A stretch of DNA of 64,000 nt from contig VJWM01000197.1 of assembly GCA_010909165.1 (NCBI GenBank), positions 62,001 to 126,000 of the forward strand, read 5' to 3'. Source of the DNA: Anthoceros angustus (lineage: Eukaryota > Plantae > Anthocerotophyta). Shown piece after piece: positions 32,430 to 44,479 of the stretch. The notes beneath the pieces are model-generated. The model did not search any database, had not been told where the DNA came from, and worked only from the letters and a program-made list of their open reading frames with translations. The first letter of the stretch is position 1. Each line of letters opens with the position of its first letter. The position numbers and the translations under genes are program-made.

Positions 32430-35400
32430 ATGGAACAATTGAGTCCTATGGATTCCAAGGCACCCGCTCGCAGCAAGGCACTACTCCTGCCGGTGCTAGG
32501 ATTGGCTCAGGCCGTGCTCATTGCGCTTGTTGGAGGGATAGGAGTCGTGCTAGGTTGGAATCCAAGTGGTTTGCCTCACTTGTTCTTGGGATGCTTGGTG
32601 GGCGGATTGCTGATGCTTCTTCTCCTTGGAGGAGTTGTGAACGAGCGGACCAAGGTGCCTGCCACTGGCCAGACGGAAAAGAAGAGCGAATATGCTGCTG
32701 GGATTTCGCCCCCGCCCTGGGCTCAATCTGGTGCAGCTGTATGTGAACTCCTGCATGTGCAAGCCCAAGGACTGGGGGATGCGGAAGCGTCGGAAAGGCT
32801 GGAGCGTTATGGTAGCAATGTGATTGAGTCGGCACCCGAGCCAGGCTACTTGAGCTTCTTTTGCAAGGAGATATATGAACCAACTCAGGTACTCGTGTTG
32901 CGATTCTGCCGGAATGCAAGCAAAGGAAGCATGATGACACTGGTATATTGGTTGTGTAGCTGCTTCTTCTGTTCATTGGAGTGCTCTACATTATGTTCGG
33001 TAGTTTGGAAGAAGGAGCCACGGCTTTCACTGTCATATTCTTGATGGCTGGAGCAGAGGTCTGGACAGAGTGGCGGGCAAAGAAAGCTCTGTCCAAGTTG
33101 GAATTTTCTGCACCCAGAACCGCGATTGTGAAGCGAGGAGGAAGCTATAAAGTAGTGAATTCGACCGAGCTTGTACCTGGAGATATCATCCAGCTGAGGG
33201 CAGGCATGGTAAGTCCCCAGCTTAGTTCTCGCTTCTACCGTAAATCGAAGGCATTGTGACCATGTTCTCCTCAAGCTACTTTCGTGGTACTGGATCCGTG
33301 CAGGAGGTCGCCGCAGATGTAAGACTGCTTCAGTCTGAGTCCATGGAGGTGGACGAGTCAAAACTCACAGGAGAGTCCGCCCTTGTGCCCAAAACTGCGG
33401 AGTCTGTGCTTCCTGCCGAAGCAGCTTTGTTCGAGTGGAGGAATGTTCTATTAGCTGGAACCTGTGTGCATGGAGGAACAGGTACAGGAATTATTTATGG
33501 GACAGGTGCTACCACTTATTTGGGTCAAATTCTCAATCTTGCAGGGAAAAGCAAGGAGAAGAAAACGAAGTTGCAGAAGCATTTGAAACAGCTGGCAGGG
33601 ATCCTGAGTATTGCAGCTTTGGTTGCAAGCATCCTTGGAGCATTGGTGGGGATATTCAGGCATATGCGATGGCAAGATGTCATCCTCTCGGGCTTGAGTT
33701 TGGCTTTCGCAACTATTCCTGAAGAATTGCCAATCTTGATCGCTGCAGTTCTTGCTGTCGGGAGTCGAACTCTTTCCTTGCAGAATGTTTATGTGAAACA
33801 TCTCCGAGCTGCTGAAAATCTGGCCTTTGTAAATGTTGTGCTCACTGATAAAACTGGCACCCTAACAGAGAATAGATTAGTCCTCAATGAGCTCGTGCCT
33901 GCCGGCATCCATGCATCAGAATCTGAAAGAGAAAGTGGTCAGCAGGATAGAGACGTGGGCAGCCAGAGGCTGCTGGAGGCATGGCTATTTATGTCGGAGT
34001 ATTCGGGCGATCAGTTCCATATTGCAGTACTGGGGAAGTGCCCCCAACCTGCTATCACTGATGGAGGAACGTCTGGGGGTTCAGAGATTGAAGTTCTGGG
34101 GCCCCATGTGGGTCTTGAGGTAGATGCCAACGTAGATATGTTCGACCACGCTGTGGTCGGGGCGGTAGGTTCTTGTAACTTGAGAGATCAGAAGGACCTT
34201 GTAGTGCGTACTGAGACACCTACACTTGAGCGCATGAAGGAGGAGCTGAAAGCCCTTTGGGTCCTGAAGAGTAATGCTCATCTTCTTGCCGAAATACCAT
34301 TTGATTCAAGTCGAAAGTTTGCAGCCAAGAGCTTCCGAAGATCCTCACGTGGGTAGGACGTAAACCCAACTCTTTCTGCCACTGACCAGTGAGCAGTCTG
34401 CGTTATCTGACCCCTGTTCCAACCTCTTTTGGCAGGCAAATGGCCCATGCAGATCCGGCTTTGCCACAGGAAACACTTCTCGTTGTTAAAGGTGCTCCTG
34501 AGATTCTGCTCCGGTATTGCTCATTTGTGTACGAGAATGGAGCAACAGTTCCTGCCGAAAGTATGAGGACAGGCCTGGAGCAGCAGATCTCTCTTGCAGC
34601 ATCCAAAGGTAAGCTCTAGGATACTTTCATGGTATTGAACATAGTATCCTTCCATGCCCTTGGCAATCAGGTGCCTGCTAACATGCTGCCCTCTCGTATT
34701 TGCATGGGCCAGGCTTTCGGTTAGTTGGGTATGCCTCACAAGCTTCAGTAGTCGACTTTGGCGACGGAGGGAAGTTAGTGGAACTGGACCATTCTTCACT
34801 CCTGAAGGGCTGCACTTACCTAGGCTTTCTTACGTTTGAGGATCCCATTCGGGAGGGAGTCATTCAAGCAATCGGGAAGTGCCATGAAGCTGGTGTAAGG
34901 GTATTGATGGTCACTGGTGATCATGTTGGTACAGCTCTCAGTGTTGCTCATCGTGTGGGCATTGTGGACTGTGAGGCAGCTGCCACCCACGCTGCTGTGT
35001 CTTGTGGAGATACAGACCTGTTAAAAACTCAAGCTGAGGGGCTGAAAGGTGTTCTAGCCAGGACAAATGTTTTCGGAAGGGCCACTCCTACTGATAAGCT
35101 CACAATCCTGAAGGGCCTTCAGGCAGCAGGCAACTGTGTGATGGCAGCAGGAGATGGCAAGTTCTATTCTGTGTTTCCCGATTCTACCTTGTGAAACTCA
35201 ACTTTTAGGCCAGATCATGTTGGGCTACCTGACCTGGGCCTCGTCTTCCTGAACAGGTGTAAACGATGCTCCAATCCTTGCACAGGCGGATGTGGGTATG
35301 GCTATGGGCAAAGGCACAGATATTGCTCGTAAAGCAGCTTCTATTGTGGTTGCTGATGACAACTTCAGCATAATGCCGTACTCGCTGGCTGAAGGCAGAC

Positions 35401-36167
35401 GACTGCTTGATAATTTGCGAAAGGCCTTAGCATTCTATCTCGGTGCCAAATTAGGACTTCTTTGCCTCTTCATCGCCGGAACTTTATGGCAAAGGTACGT
35501 GTTTTATTGCTAGCAGCGTAGCATGTGTATGACTAACTCACGAGCTTTATAACTTGGGTGCAGTTTCCCCCTTCGACCAATCCAGATTATTGTGTTGGAA
35601 CTCTTTATGGATCTGGGTGCCAGTTCGTCCTTTGTCTTGGAACCAGCTGACGACGACATTATGAGCAGGAACCCTCCAAGCCAATCAGGACACTTCTTTG
35701 ACGCACAACTTATCACCGGTATGCTGGTATCAGCTACATCGATGATCTTCTCTGTCTTTGGCAGTTTTTCTTTGGGTATTCACTATGGCCAGGCAACAGC
35801 GCAGACGTGTGCTTTTGAGGCTTGGCTTCTAGCTCATGTCATGCTTGCTCTCAACATGAAAACCTTGCGTCAACCGGTTACACGGAAGGGTTGGCTCAAC
35901 AATCCGGGAATGTGCATTTGGCTACTGGCTGCCGTCGGGCTGGCGACGATTACAGCCACTTTTAGTCATGCCCGTCTGCACCTGAAGCTAAAACCATTAC
36001 CGGCAAAGTTGTGGCTCGCTGTCTCACTCGTCTGCCTACTGGGAACTTTCTGGATTGAGATCATCAAGCTATCCCTGGAGCGTGTTAAACCGAGGAGACC
36101 GGGGTACAGCAGGCTTCAAGGTAACGAGGAAAGTACCGGTAGTCATGATAATACAGAGCGAGCCTAG
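32430..36167 (+). CDS. Atypical P2-type cation-transporting ATPase; exons 32430-32888, 32960-33208, 33304-34352, 34436-34608, 34713-35156, 35257-35494, 35564-36167
   Basis: GLGDAEASERLERYGSN, ELVPGDII, VDESKLTGES, FATIPEELP, TDKTGTLTEN (phospho-Asp), KGAPE, FEDPIREGV, MVTGDH, FGRATPTDKL, GDGVNDAP, GMAMGKGTDIARKAASIVVADDNF. Splice sites restore the frame throughout; intron 5 is GC-AG. The start could also be 32448. Confidence 0.92.
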
Positions 36168-36625
36168 CGAACCCTGGAAACTTCAGCATGACACTCCTGA
36201 ATGAGAAGTTGCAACACAACCAACGTCACACCTCCGCTTGTGGTTCATTTGTTTAGGCTTACCACCGTCATTGTTGTGCGGCAGATCGTGTCTATTCCAC
36301 CTATTGTCATCCGGCATTTAGGAGTTCTGGTGAAAACACTCAACTGCTTAAGGGTAAACGGTTTTTTGAGGTAGATGAGAAGAAAACACAAGATGGGAGA
36401 CTTGTTTCTGTTCACCTCCCCTGGCTACCATACATACTACCAGGAGGTGGAACGAGATGAGGCAAATCCGATTATACAAATGTGGTTTCCTTTACAAAAA
36501 TTCCAGAGGGAGTATGTACATTATCTCAGTCTCTTCTACCTGCAGGAGCTCGAACGTTGGCAGGCTATAAACTAAAACCCTTATATTCCTATCCTTCAAA
36601 AATGGGGTTCTAAACCTGCCGAGTC

Positions 36626-39600
36626 CTAGAACCCTACCTGACTAGGACCATTCACGAGGTGCACCTGTTGTGTCAAGAGACGGTAGTCTATTCCGAGCTC
36701 CTGAAGAATTCGCCTCAGCTCCAGAAGTATGTCCGATCTTCTCCTCCACTTTTCTCCCGCATCTTGATGGTTCATAGTGTGAACCAGACTCAAGATGCAA
36801 TTCATCTTGTTCATCTCCACGATTTCTTTCACAAAAAGACTATGCTTCTCTTGCCAGTGATGTGGCACGCTCTTGATGTGGCTGCAAAACCCGAGGAAGG
36901 ATCAGCTCGACCTGCTGTTGTCAAAATGGCCTGGCCTGCTTGCCAAAAAAATGTAGGAGGGAACTTAGGAGGAAGGTGGAGAGACCATACCGTGCAACTC
37001 TTTCCTTGAGCAGGTTTATACTCTCAAGAGGTGTACTAGCACTGATCTGGAATTCGATGGTATCACCCATGTTTGGACTCCGGAAATAGTTACTTATAGG
37101 CTTGGTTGCAAGCACTGAATTGGGATACCAAATCTTCTCGTTATCATATCTCAGGAACACGGTAGTAAGTATGTTCATCTCTTCCACCACCATCTGGACA
37201 TGCACAGCGTGAAAAACCGTCAGAACTTCATCTCAGCGAACAGAGTGAACTGGGACAAGCAGTTGGTGGCAAGACGGACTTAAATTACCTGAATACCGTC
37301 AACAACGCATCGGTCTCCCACGTCGAAGGGATGCATCACAAATAGGAAAATGATAGCTTCGAAGATGGTCTTGCAAGTATTTCCAAATACGAAGACAATA
37401 AGCAGCAGCTGAGAAGACAGGAACACAAGAAGCTGCGTTGTCGCAATCCCCAACACCAGCAGCCAGATGATAATGACAAGAATCGCCACGAGACAGTCAA
37501 TGATTCTGTGGAGCTTGTTCACAGCTGTTTTAGTATCATTCAGAGACAAAGCCAGAGCTCGTCGCTCTCTGTAGACGCTTATCTGAAACCGAAAGTGTGA
37601 AGCCATTAAAAAGGGACCACGCTTTGCTCAAGACAGAATCTGACTGGTACCAGACCAAAGCTCTTACCACCCAGTTTTTCAAGGCCTGCTTGGTAATTTT
37701 GCCTGACTCTACACCTCCATCGAAGAGAGCAAAAGCTCGCACCGCCTCAGCTTCTCCCATAAAGCGGAGAAGATCATCTTCCACAATAAACCTGCAAAGC
37801 AGGATATGAATCAGAACAGAAGAGAACAACGCCCAACATAGAGCTATCAACAGATTGTGGTGAAAAGTTGTGGGCCGTACTTGCTTCCAGGCTTTGCAAC
37901 ATTCTTGAAAATGTGCTTCCCGGCAGCTTTCGCTTGCCACTCGCTCGTAATATCCTGTTCCTTCTCGTCCCCTTCGGCAACCGTTTCGTCCAAGGTCTGA
38001 GCCAGTGTGGAGATGCCTGTTTGCCGGACGATGTTAATTAGCCGCTTCATGTTCCAGGCCGACACGTTACTGGCATTGAGCTTGTGCAGCTTTGAGATGT
38101 TGATGGTCTCCTCCACGGGTCCGGCTTTCTTGGGATCCGTGGGCAGTCTCCGGCTCCTGCTGATCCTGCCAGTGAGTCAAACAGCAGCCACAACACAAGG
38201 TAAGCAAATTTTAGACACCATTGTCACCTCAAGCTTCCCCCCAAACCACAACAGACTCCCATAGATGCCATACCCTGCGCTTCTGGCAAACGGATGACTG
38301 CTGGCGGCGTTAGTTCCAGCAGAGACGACCTCAGGCAGGCCTGTGGCAACAGCACCAGCCTCCTTGAGCCCAGCCACCTCCTCCATCAGCTTCTTCTCAT
38401 CGTCCAAAGCCTCCTGGATCTCCAGCACCGGAGGCCCCGACAGCGTCTCCAGAATATACTGGTTGAAGAGACTCTCCTGGATCCTCTCGAAGTAATGGCT
38501 CACATGGAATGACGAAGCCAGGATCTTGACCAGGAAGGTCTTGAGCAGTATCAGGAACGCACCAATGAGAAAGCACACCAGCACCTTAGTCACGTATGAC
38601 AGTATCTTGGAATCCGTGGACGACACCGACACATTAGGATTGATAATCATGTACCAGGCCAGCAGCACCCAGGCCAGCCACAGACAATTCTGCACCCCCT
38701 TCCTCAACCCATACACGAAGTACAGCACCTTCTTCCTCAGCAGAAAGTTTCTCTCAACGAAGAACACCACAAACTTGATCAACCACCCAGATATGAGCCG
38801 CCCACAAAACACCACCAACACCACCAAACTCCACTTCCACAACGCCAGCCCCCACCACTGCCTGCTCCTCATAGCCGGAATAGTCAGGCTCCCAATCAAC
38901 GCCCCGATGAAGACGAAAACGCTGCCCACTGTAGAAACACCACACCCCAACTTGTACCGCTTCCTATACTTGTCGAAATCAGCATCCTTGAAGGGATCAT
39001 CATCGTCCTCCTCCACCACCCTTCCCAGCAGCCCCGACCTCTTGGTGGGCTGCGCGGAGGACTTGGCATTCACCTGCCCCCGGGGTGGAAGCTGCCCGGA
39101 AACGGACACCGACTTCCGCCCCGATCTCTCCATCCCATCTCCCGAAAACGGGCGAGGCGGATCTGCCAGCCTCGACCTCGACTTCAACCTCCCCAACGCG
39201 CTGAACCTTGACGGGGACTTCACCACACCAACCGCCTCCCTCGTCTCCCCGAGAGCTGAGCCGCCGGGGGTGACAACCGTCCCTTGGAATGCTGCTCGCG
39301 GCCTCCATCTCCCTCACCGGGAAGCCCCAGCGCCGCCACGCCCCACCCGCAGCTTCCGGCAGCTTTCGCCACTCGCTCGTAATATCCTGTTCCTTCTCGT
39401 CCCCTTCGGCAACCGTTTCGTCCAAGGTCTGAGCCAGTGTGGAGATGCCTGTTTGCCGGACGATGTTAATTAGCCGCTTCATGTTCCAGGCCGACACGTT
39501 ACTGGCATTGAGCTTGTGCAGCTTTGAGATGTTGATGGTCTCCTCCACGGGTCCGGCTTTCTTGGGATCCGTGGGCAGTCTCCGGCTCCTGCTGATCCTG

Positions 39601-41688
39601 CCAGTGAGTCAAACAGCAGCCACAACACAAGGTAAGCAAATTTTAGACACCATTGTCACCTCAAGCTTCCCCCCAAACCACAACAGACTCCCATAGATGC
39701 CATACCCTGCGCTTCTGGCAAACGGATGACTGCTGGCGGCGTTAGTTCCAGCAGAGACGACCTCAGGCAGGCCTGTGGCAACAGCACCAGCCTCCTTGAG
39801 CCCAGCCACCTCCTCCATCAGCTTCTTCTCATCGTCCAAAGCCTCCTGGATCTCCAGCACCGGAGGCCCCGACAGCGTCTCCAGAATATACTGGTTGAAG
39901 AGACTCTCCTGGATCCTCTCAGTAATGGCTCACATGGAATGACGAAGCCAGGATCTTGACCAGGAAGGTCTTGAGCAGTATCAGGAACGCACCAATGAGA
40001 AAGCACACCAGCACCTTAGTCACGTATGACAGTATCTTGGAATCCGTGGACGACACATTAGGATTGATAATCATGTACCAGGCCAGCAGCACCCAGGCCA
40101 GCCACAGACAATTCTGCACCCCTTCCTCAACCCATACACGAAGTACAGCACCTTCTTCCTCAGCAGAAAGTTTCTCTCAACGAAGAACACCACAAACTTG
40201 ATCAACCACCCAGATATGAGCCGCCCACAAAACACCACCAACACCACCAAACTCCACTTCCACAACGCCAGCCCCCACCACTGCCTGCTCCTCATAGCCG
40301 GAATAGTCAGGCTCCCAATCAACGCCCCGATGAAGACGAAAAACGCTGCCCACTGTAGAAACACCCACACCCCCAACTTGTACCGCTTCCTATACTTGTC
40401 GGGGAAATCAGCATCCTTGAAGGGATCATCATCGTCCTCCTCCACCACCCTTCCCAGCAGCCCCGACCTCTTGGTGGGCTGCGCGGAGGACTTGGCATTC
40501 ACCTGCCCTGGGTGGAAGCTGCCCGAAAACGGACACCGACTTCCGCCCCGATCTCTCCATCCCATCTCCCGAAAACGGGCGAGGCGGATCTGCCAGCCTC
40601 GACCTCGACTTCAACCTCCCCAACGCGCTGAACCTTGACGGGGACTTCACCACACCAACCGCCTCCCTCGTCTCCCCCGAGAGCTGAGCCGCCGGGGGAG
40701 TGACAACCCCGTCCCTTGGAATGCTGCTCGCGGCCTCCATCTCCCTCACCGGGGAAGCCCCAGCGCCGCCACGCCCCACCCGCAGCTTCCCGGCCACAGC
40801 CTCCCGCATCTCGGACGGGGACACGAAGGAGGGATCGATATACTCCGGCACGTCCACCCGATGCTCCAGCGGCGGGCTCGCCTCCGGGTCCTGCCCTGGG
40901 CCAACCCCGCCATCTCCACCCTTCTCCACATTCTCCGGCAACGCCGACAGCGTCCTCGCCGGGGCTCGTCCTGGCCCACTCCGGGAGCAGCGTCAGCTCC
41001 TCCATGTCCAGATCGTAGTCCAGCCCCAGCTCCCCGAGTCCTTCTGCCTCCGCAGAAACTCCCCGATCACTCGCGAGGTGGGATCCTGCTGCGCCACCCG
41101 AAGTCGAAGCTCTTGCTCCTCCTCTTGGACGGAGTCTCCTTCCAATCCTTCCGCACTCGTGCTCTCCACCCGCCTCTCCACCCGGCTCTCCGAGAAGGGC
41201 TGCTCCTGCCCGAAGTCGTAACTCGACTCCCGCCACATCCCGCCCTGGCCGCCATTGCCGTTCCCCGCGCTGGAGGACCTCACTCTGGGCGATGTCACCC
41301 CGGCCTCCTTCCTCTCTCCCTTCGCCTTCACCTCAGCCGCGGCCATCTCCCCGCTCGCAGAGGCAGACCCAGACGCAGACCCAGACGCAGACCCACCCAG
41401 CCCCCGTACTTCCGAGGAGCTGTCCTCGCCGCTGCTGTCATCGCTGTCCCCGCTGTGGCTCCCCGTGAGCTGCTCGTACTGCTTCCTCCCGCCCTTCTTC
41501 CCCAAGGCTTTGATCCGCTCCATCCCACCCACGTCGGGCTTCAGCTCCTGCTCTCCCCGCTCCCGGGGCTCTTGGAAGCCGTCGAGGTAGCTCAGAAACG
41601 TGTTGCTCTCCAGGTCCAGGGAGGTGGCTCTCAGGCATTCCCGCTTGCCGGCCTCGGAGCTGAGGTACACCACCTGCTGCCGGCCCAT
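36626..41688 (-). CDS. Mechanosensitive channel of small conductance-like protein (MSL4-10 type), with an internal duplication and several frameshifts in this assembly
   Basis: LWKWSLVVLVVFCGRL, KKVLYFVYGLRKGVQNCLW, LASSFHVSHYFERIQESLFNQY, SAWNMKRLINIVR, YRERRALALSLNDTKTAVNKLH, IFLFVMHPFDVGDRCVVDG, VEEMNILTTVFLRYDNEKIWYPNS and RRSDILLEL. 3' exons: 37881-38165, 37668-37791, 37289-37582, 36991-37193, 36626-36881. The start codon (41688 or a downstream ATG) is uncertain. Confidence 0.9.
37915..40795. repeat. ~1.43-kb tandem duplication inside the MSL gene
   Basis: 38007 onward recurs at 39439 (offset 1432). The junction near 39360 sits on GCTTCC(C)GGC microhomology, and each copy carries different small indels. 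Confidence 0.92.
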
Positions 41689-42971
41689 CCGACCCAACAC
41701 CCTTCCCTGCCTGTACAAAGGACGACGCACGGCAACAATGTGAGCTGGGCAATGCAATGTACCGCAATTCAATGCGATGGAGAGTGCAATGTGATGCAAT
41801 GCGGTGAAGGGGGAGGTAGGGCCTAGTATGGAGAGGGCTTGGAGGATGCATGCGCAATGTGGGGTAACAGTGGAGAGGGGTCGGGGGGGCTGGGGGGACC
41901 TTGCCTTGATTTGTGCAGCGCCGTGCGGACTCCATGGCCGAAGTGGGCGCTCACAGCACAGAAGCACGGTGGGCGGGAGGGCGAGTAGGCAGGAAATAGA
42001 GGAATGCGGTGGGAATGGCGGGGGCCGCAGGTGGCTGGGCGGCCCAATTATGGCAACAATGCCGCGGACAGCGCACCTCTATGTACACCAACACCTGCCT
42101 GCTTTGGGGCGGCTTTGGGCACGCCCGCCGATGCCAGGAGCCCGGGCTGGGCGGCGGGGGCCGGGCCAGCCCGGGCCGGGCTGCCCGCCGGATCCCATCG
42201 TTGCCCCGCCCCGCCGATAGATAGGCGACAACGGTGTGACCGTTATTGTCGTTGTCGGTCAGCGTCCCATGCGGGCTGCCACCAGACCGACATACGTACA
42301 CTAGGCTTCTTTCTCGTTTTTAGCCTGCGGGGTTCGCCGGGTGCCCACCTTTTATTCGCATCCCAGACGTTGTGTGCAACGATCATAATTGGGGGGGGGC
42401 ATCAAACTCGGCTTCGCCAATGAATCCCTGTTTCATGGCCGAAATACAGTACAAAGGTTATCCGGGTCGGCGTCTCGCACAAACGGGAAACGACTCAAAT
42501 CCGGCTTCCTCCACCACGCGCCGCTGGTGCTTGCTTGGGCTGACATGCGTGTGTGCGAGTCGGGTGCGAGTCTACAGTCCTTCCTTGCAGCCCTACTGGA
42601 GCTATGGCGCCTAGGTCAAGCGATGACAGTGGATCTAGGACTACATTGTTTTGATTTATTTTCAAAATACCAAATTAAAAAAAAAAATCTAGGACTACAG
42701 GGCGGAGCGGGATCGCACACTGCTCATAGCGCCATCTTTTGTTGTGGAAGCTTTTACCTTGCCTACATTGAACGGCTACTACCTCAACAAGGACGATCCA
42801 CTTCTACGTGACCTCTCAAGGAGGTGTGTGTGAAAAGAAGAACAAGAAGAATTTTAATGAAGTCCACTAAGGACGGATTTCCGTAATGGGATTGAAATAT
42901 AGCAACTACATAGATTATGGTAAAATGATCTCGATGAATGTGAAGGTAAAATCAAACAAGACAAATAATCT

Positions 42972-43449
42972 TCAATCAATCAACATATCAATGAAAATGC
43001 GTGAACCGGGGCTAAACACCACCCATTCATCCCCACAAAAAAAAGCCGCTTGATCTGCCGCACGAGCGGCTCTGAAAGCGAGTAACTTCTCCTTCTTAAT
43101 CTTCCATTGCAATGGTGTAAGATTCTCATTGGTATAAAACTGAGTTGTCCATGACTTAGACCTAGCCTTCATAACCTGGATGCGCTCATTCATAATCAAT
43201 ATGCATGTGCTTTCTACCAAGTTCATTTCCAAGCCAAAAGGCTTGAGGAACGACCACATCGACCTCTAGCTTATTGAAAAACTTCTTTGCAGCCACAAGT
43301 GGTGCAACAATGTCATTACCAAGACCAGAAATTCTCAAGTTCAAAGCACGACGAGCACGGTCTGCCGTCAATATTATGTTGCCACCAGAACAAGAAGGAG
43401 CAGGGGGATCATTAACCCCCAAGACGTTTTTACCTCTAAGCTTCTCCAA
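42972..43449 (-). pseudogene. Possible LINE ORF1 (L1-type RRM/CTD) remnant
   Basis: RRALNLRISGL and ENLTPLQWKIKKEKLLAFRAARAADQAAFF resemble L1-type ORF1 RRM and C-terminal motifs. Frameshifted; recognised by eye only. Confidence 0.4.
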
Positions 43450-43597
43450 ATATGTAGGTAAAACTTATTTCGTTGGAGTAAAATGATTATTCTCTATGGA
43501 GGAGAAAGCCTAGTAAAATTTACTACATGATTATCCTCTATGGTCCGTGAAAAAACTTCATTTTGTAACCCTTACTCCACCAACCTTTCCGAGAGTC

Positions 43598-44460
43598 TTA
43601 CAACCTAATCGTCCAAACCCTGTAACTTTTTGGCCATATAACTATGCATTTTTTCCCTCTGTACATGAATAAGCTCGAGAATAACCTTCTTGTAGCCTTC
43701 CAAACTAGATAGCAAATCGGCCTTCGACAAGCAACCCATACAAGGAATAGGAATTTGCCAGGCATTGACTTGCAAAAGCAATCAAACTTGACCTGGAAAG
43801 ATGCCATGGACACGAAATCCTCCACCAACGTTTCAACATCCTTTTCTTTCTTAGTAATACCCCCGAAGATGGAGTAGGCCTGCTTGGTCGAGGTGGGGGC
43901 CGTGCCTACCGCCATGGGGGGGTTTGGTTGCTATATGTTCGTCGTGTCGTCTGAGGACCTCCGAACGGGCACCCGCTCGCCCGACTCTTCTTGATCCGAT
44001 AATTCGATGACACTCCCCTTCCACTGAGAGGAACTTGCCTCGTGCTGCTCCTGCCGCCTTTCTCTCTCTCTAGCTCGGAGGGCGCGCAATGTCACCGAAT
44101 CCTCTCCACTGGATGGTTCATCTTTAACAGCCGCACGCCCTCTGCGCATTCAAACTTTACCCTACCGATTCTATATTACAGTGAAACTGTGGTAACGATA
44201 ACAATCCCCGGCAATGGAGCCAAAATGTGAGCGGACTTGCGCAGACGGACTAGCCCGGCGCACACTAAATCCCGTATCGTGTAGTACAAGGTTCGATCCC
44301 AAGGGAATGTTTCACACCATCCGCTTACAAATTACCTTCTCAGAACTCTTAACACAACCTCTATAGCCCATGAGCTTGTCGAATCAAGATCATGTTGCAA
44401 TTTTCTAATGATAACATCTTGACTATCAGATCTCTTATCTATAAGATCATCTATTACGGA
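43598..44460 (-). mobile_element. Athila-like gypsy 5' fragment: LTR end, tRNA-Asp PBS and start of gag
   Basis: Minus strand ...CGCTCACA (LTR end at 44226), then TTT, then TGGCTCCATTGCCGGGGA (44205-44222, 16/18 to TGGCGCCGTTGCCGGGGA). An ATG ORF starts at 44149 and is followed by the gag-like FGGITKKEKDVETLVEDF. Confidence 0.65.
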
Positions 44461-44479
44461 ATTGACCTCATCCTTCTGG

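Noticed and set aside
38526-41826. Plus-strand ORFs of 315 and 321 aa
   Set aside because: Antisense shadows of the MSL exon.
42140-42251. Two small hairpins (11-bp GC stem; 10-bp stem with bulge) upstream of MSL
   Set aside because: Expected by chance in very GC-rich sequence and too short for miRNA precursors.
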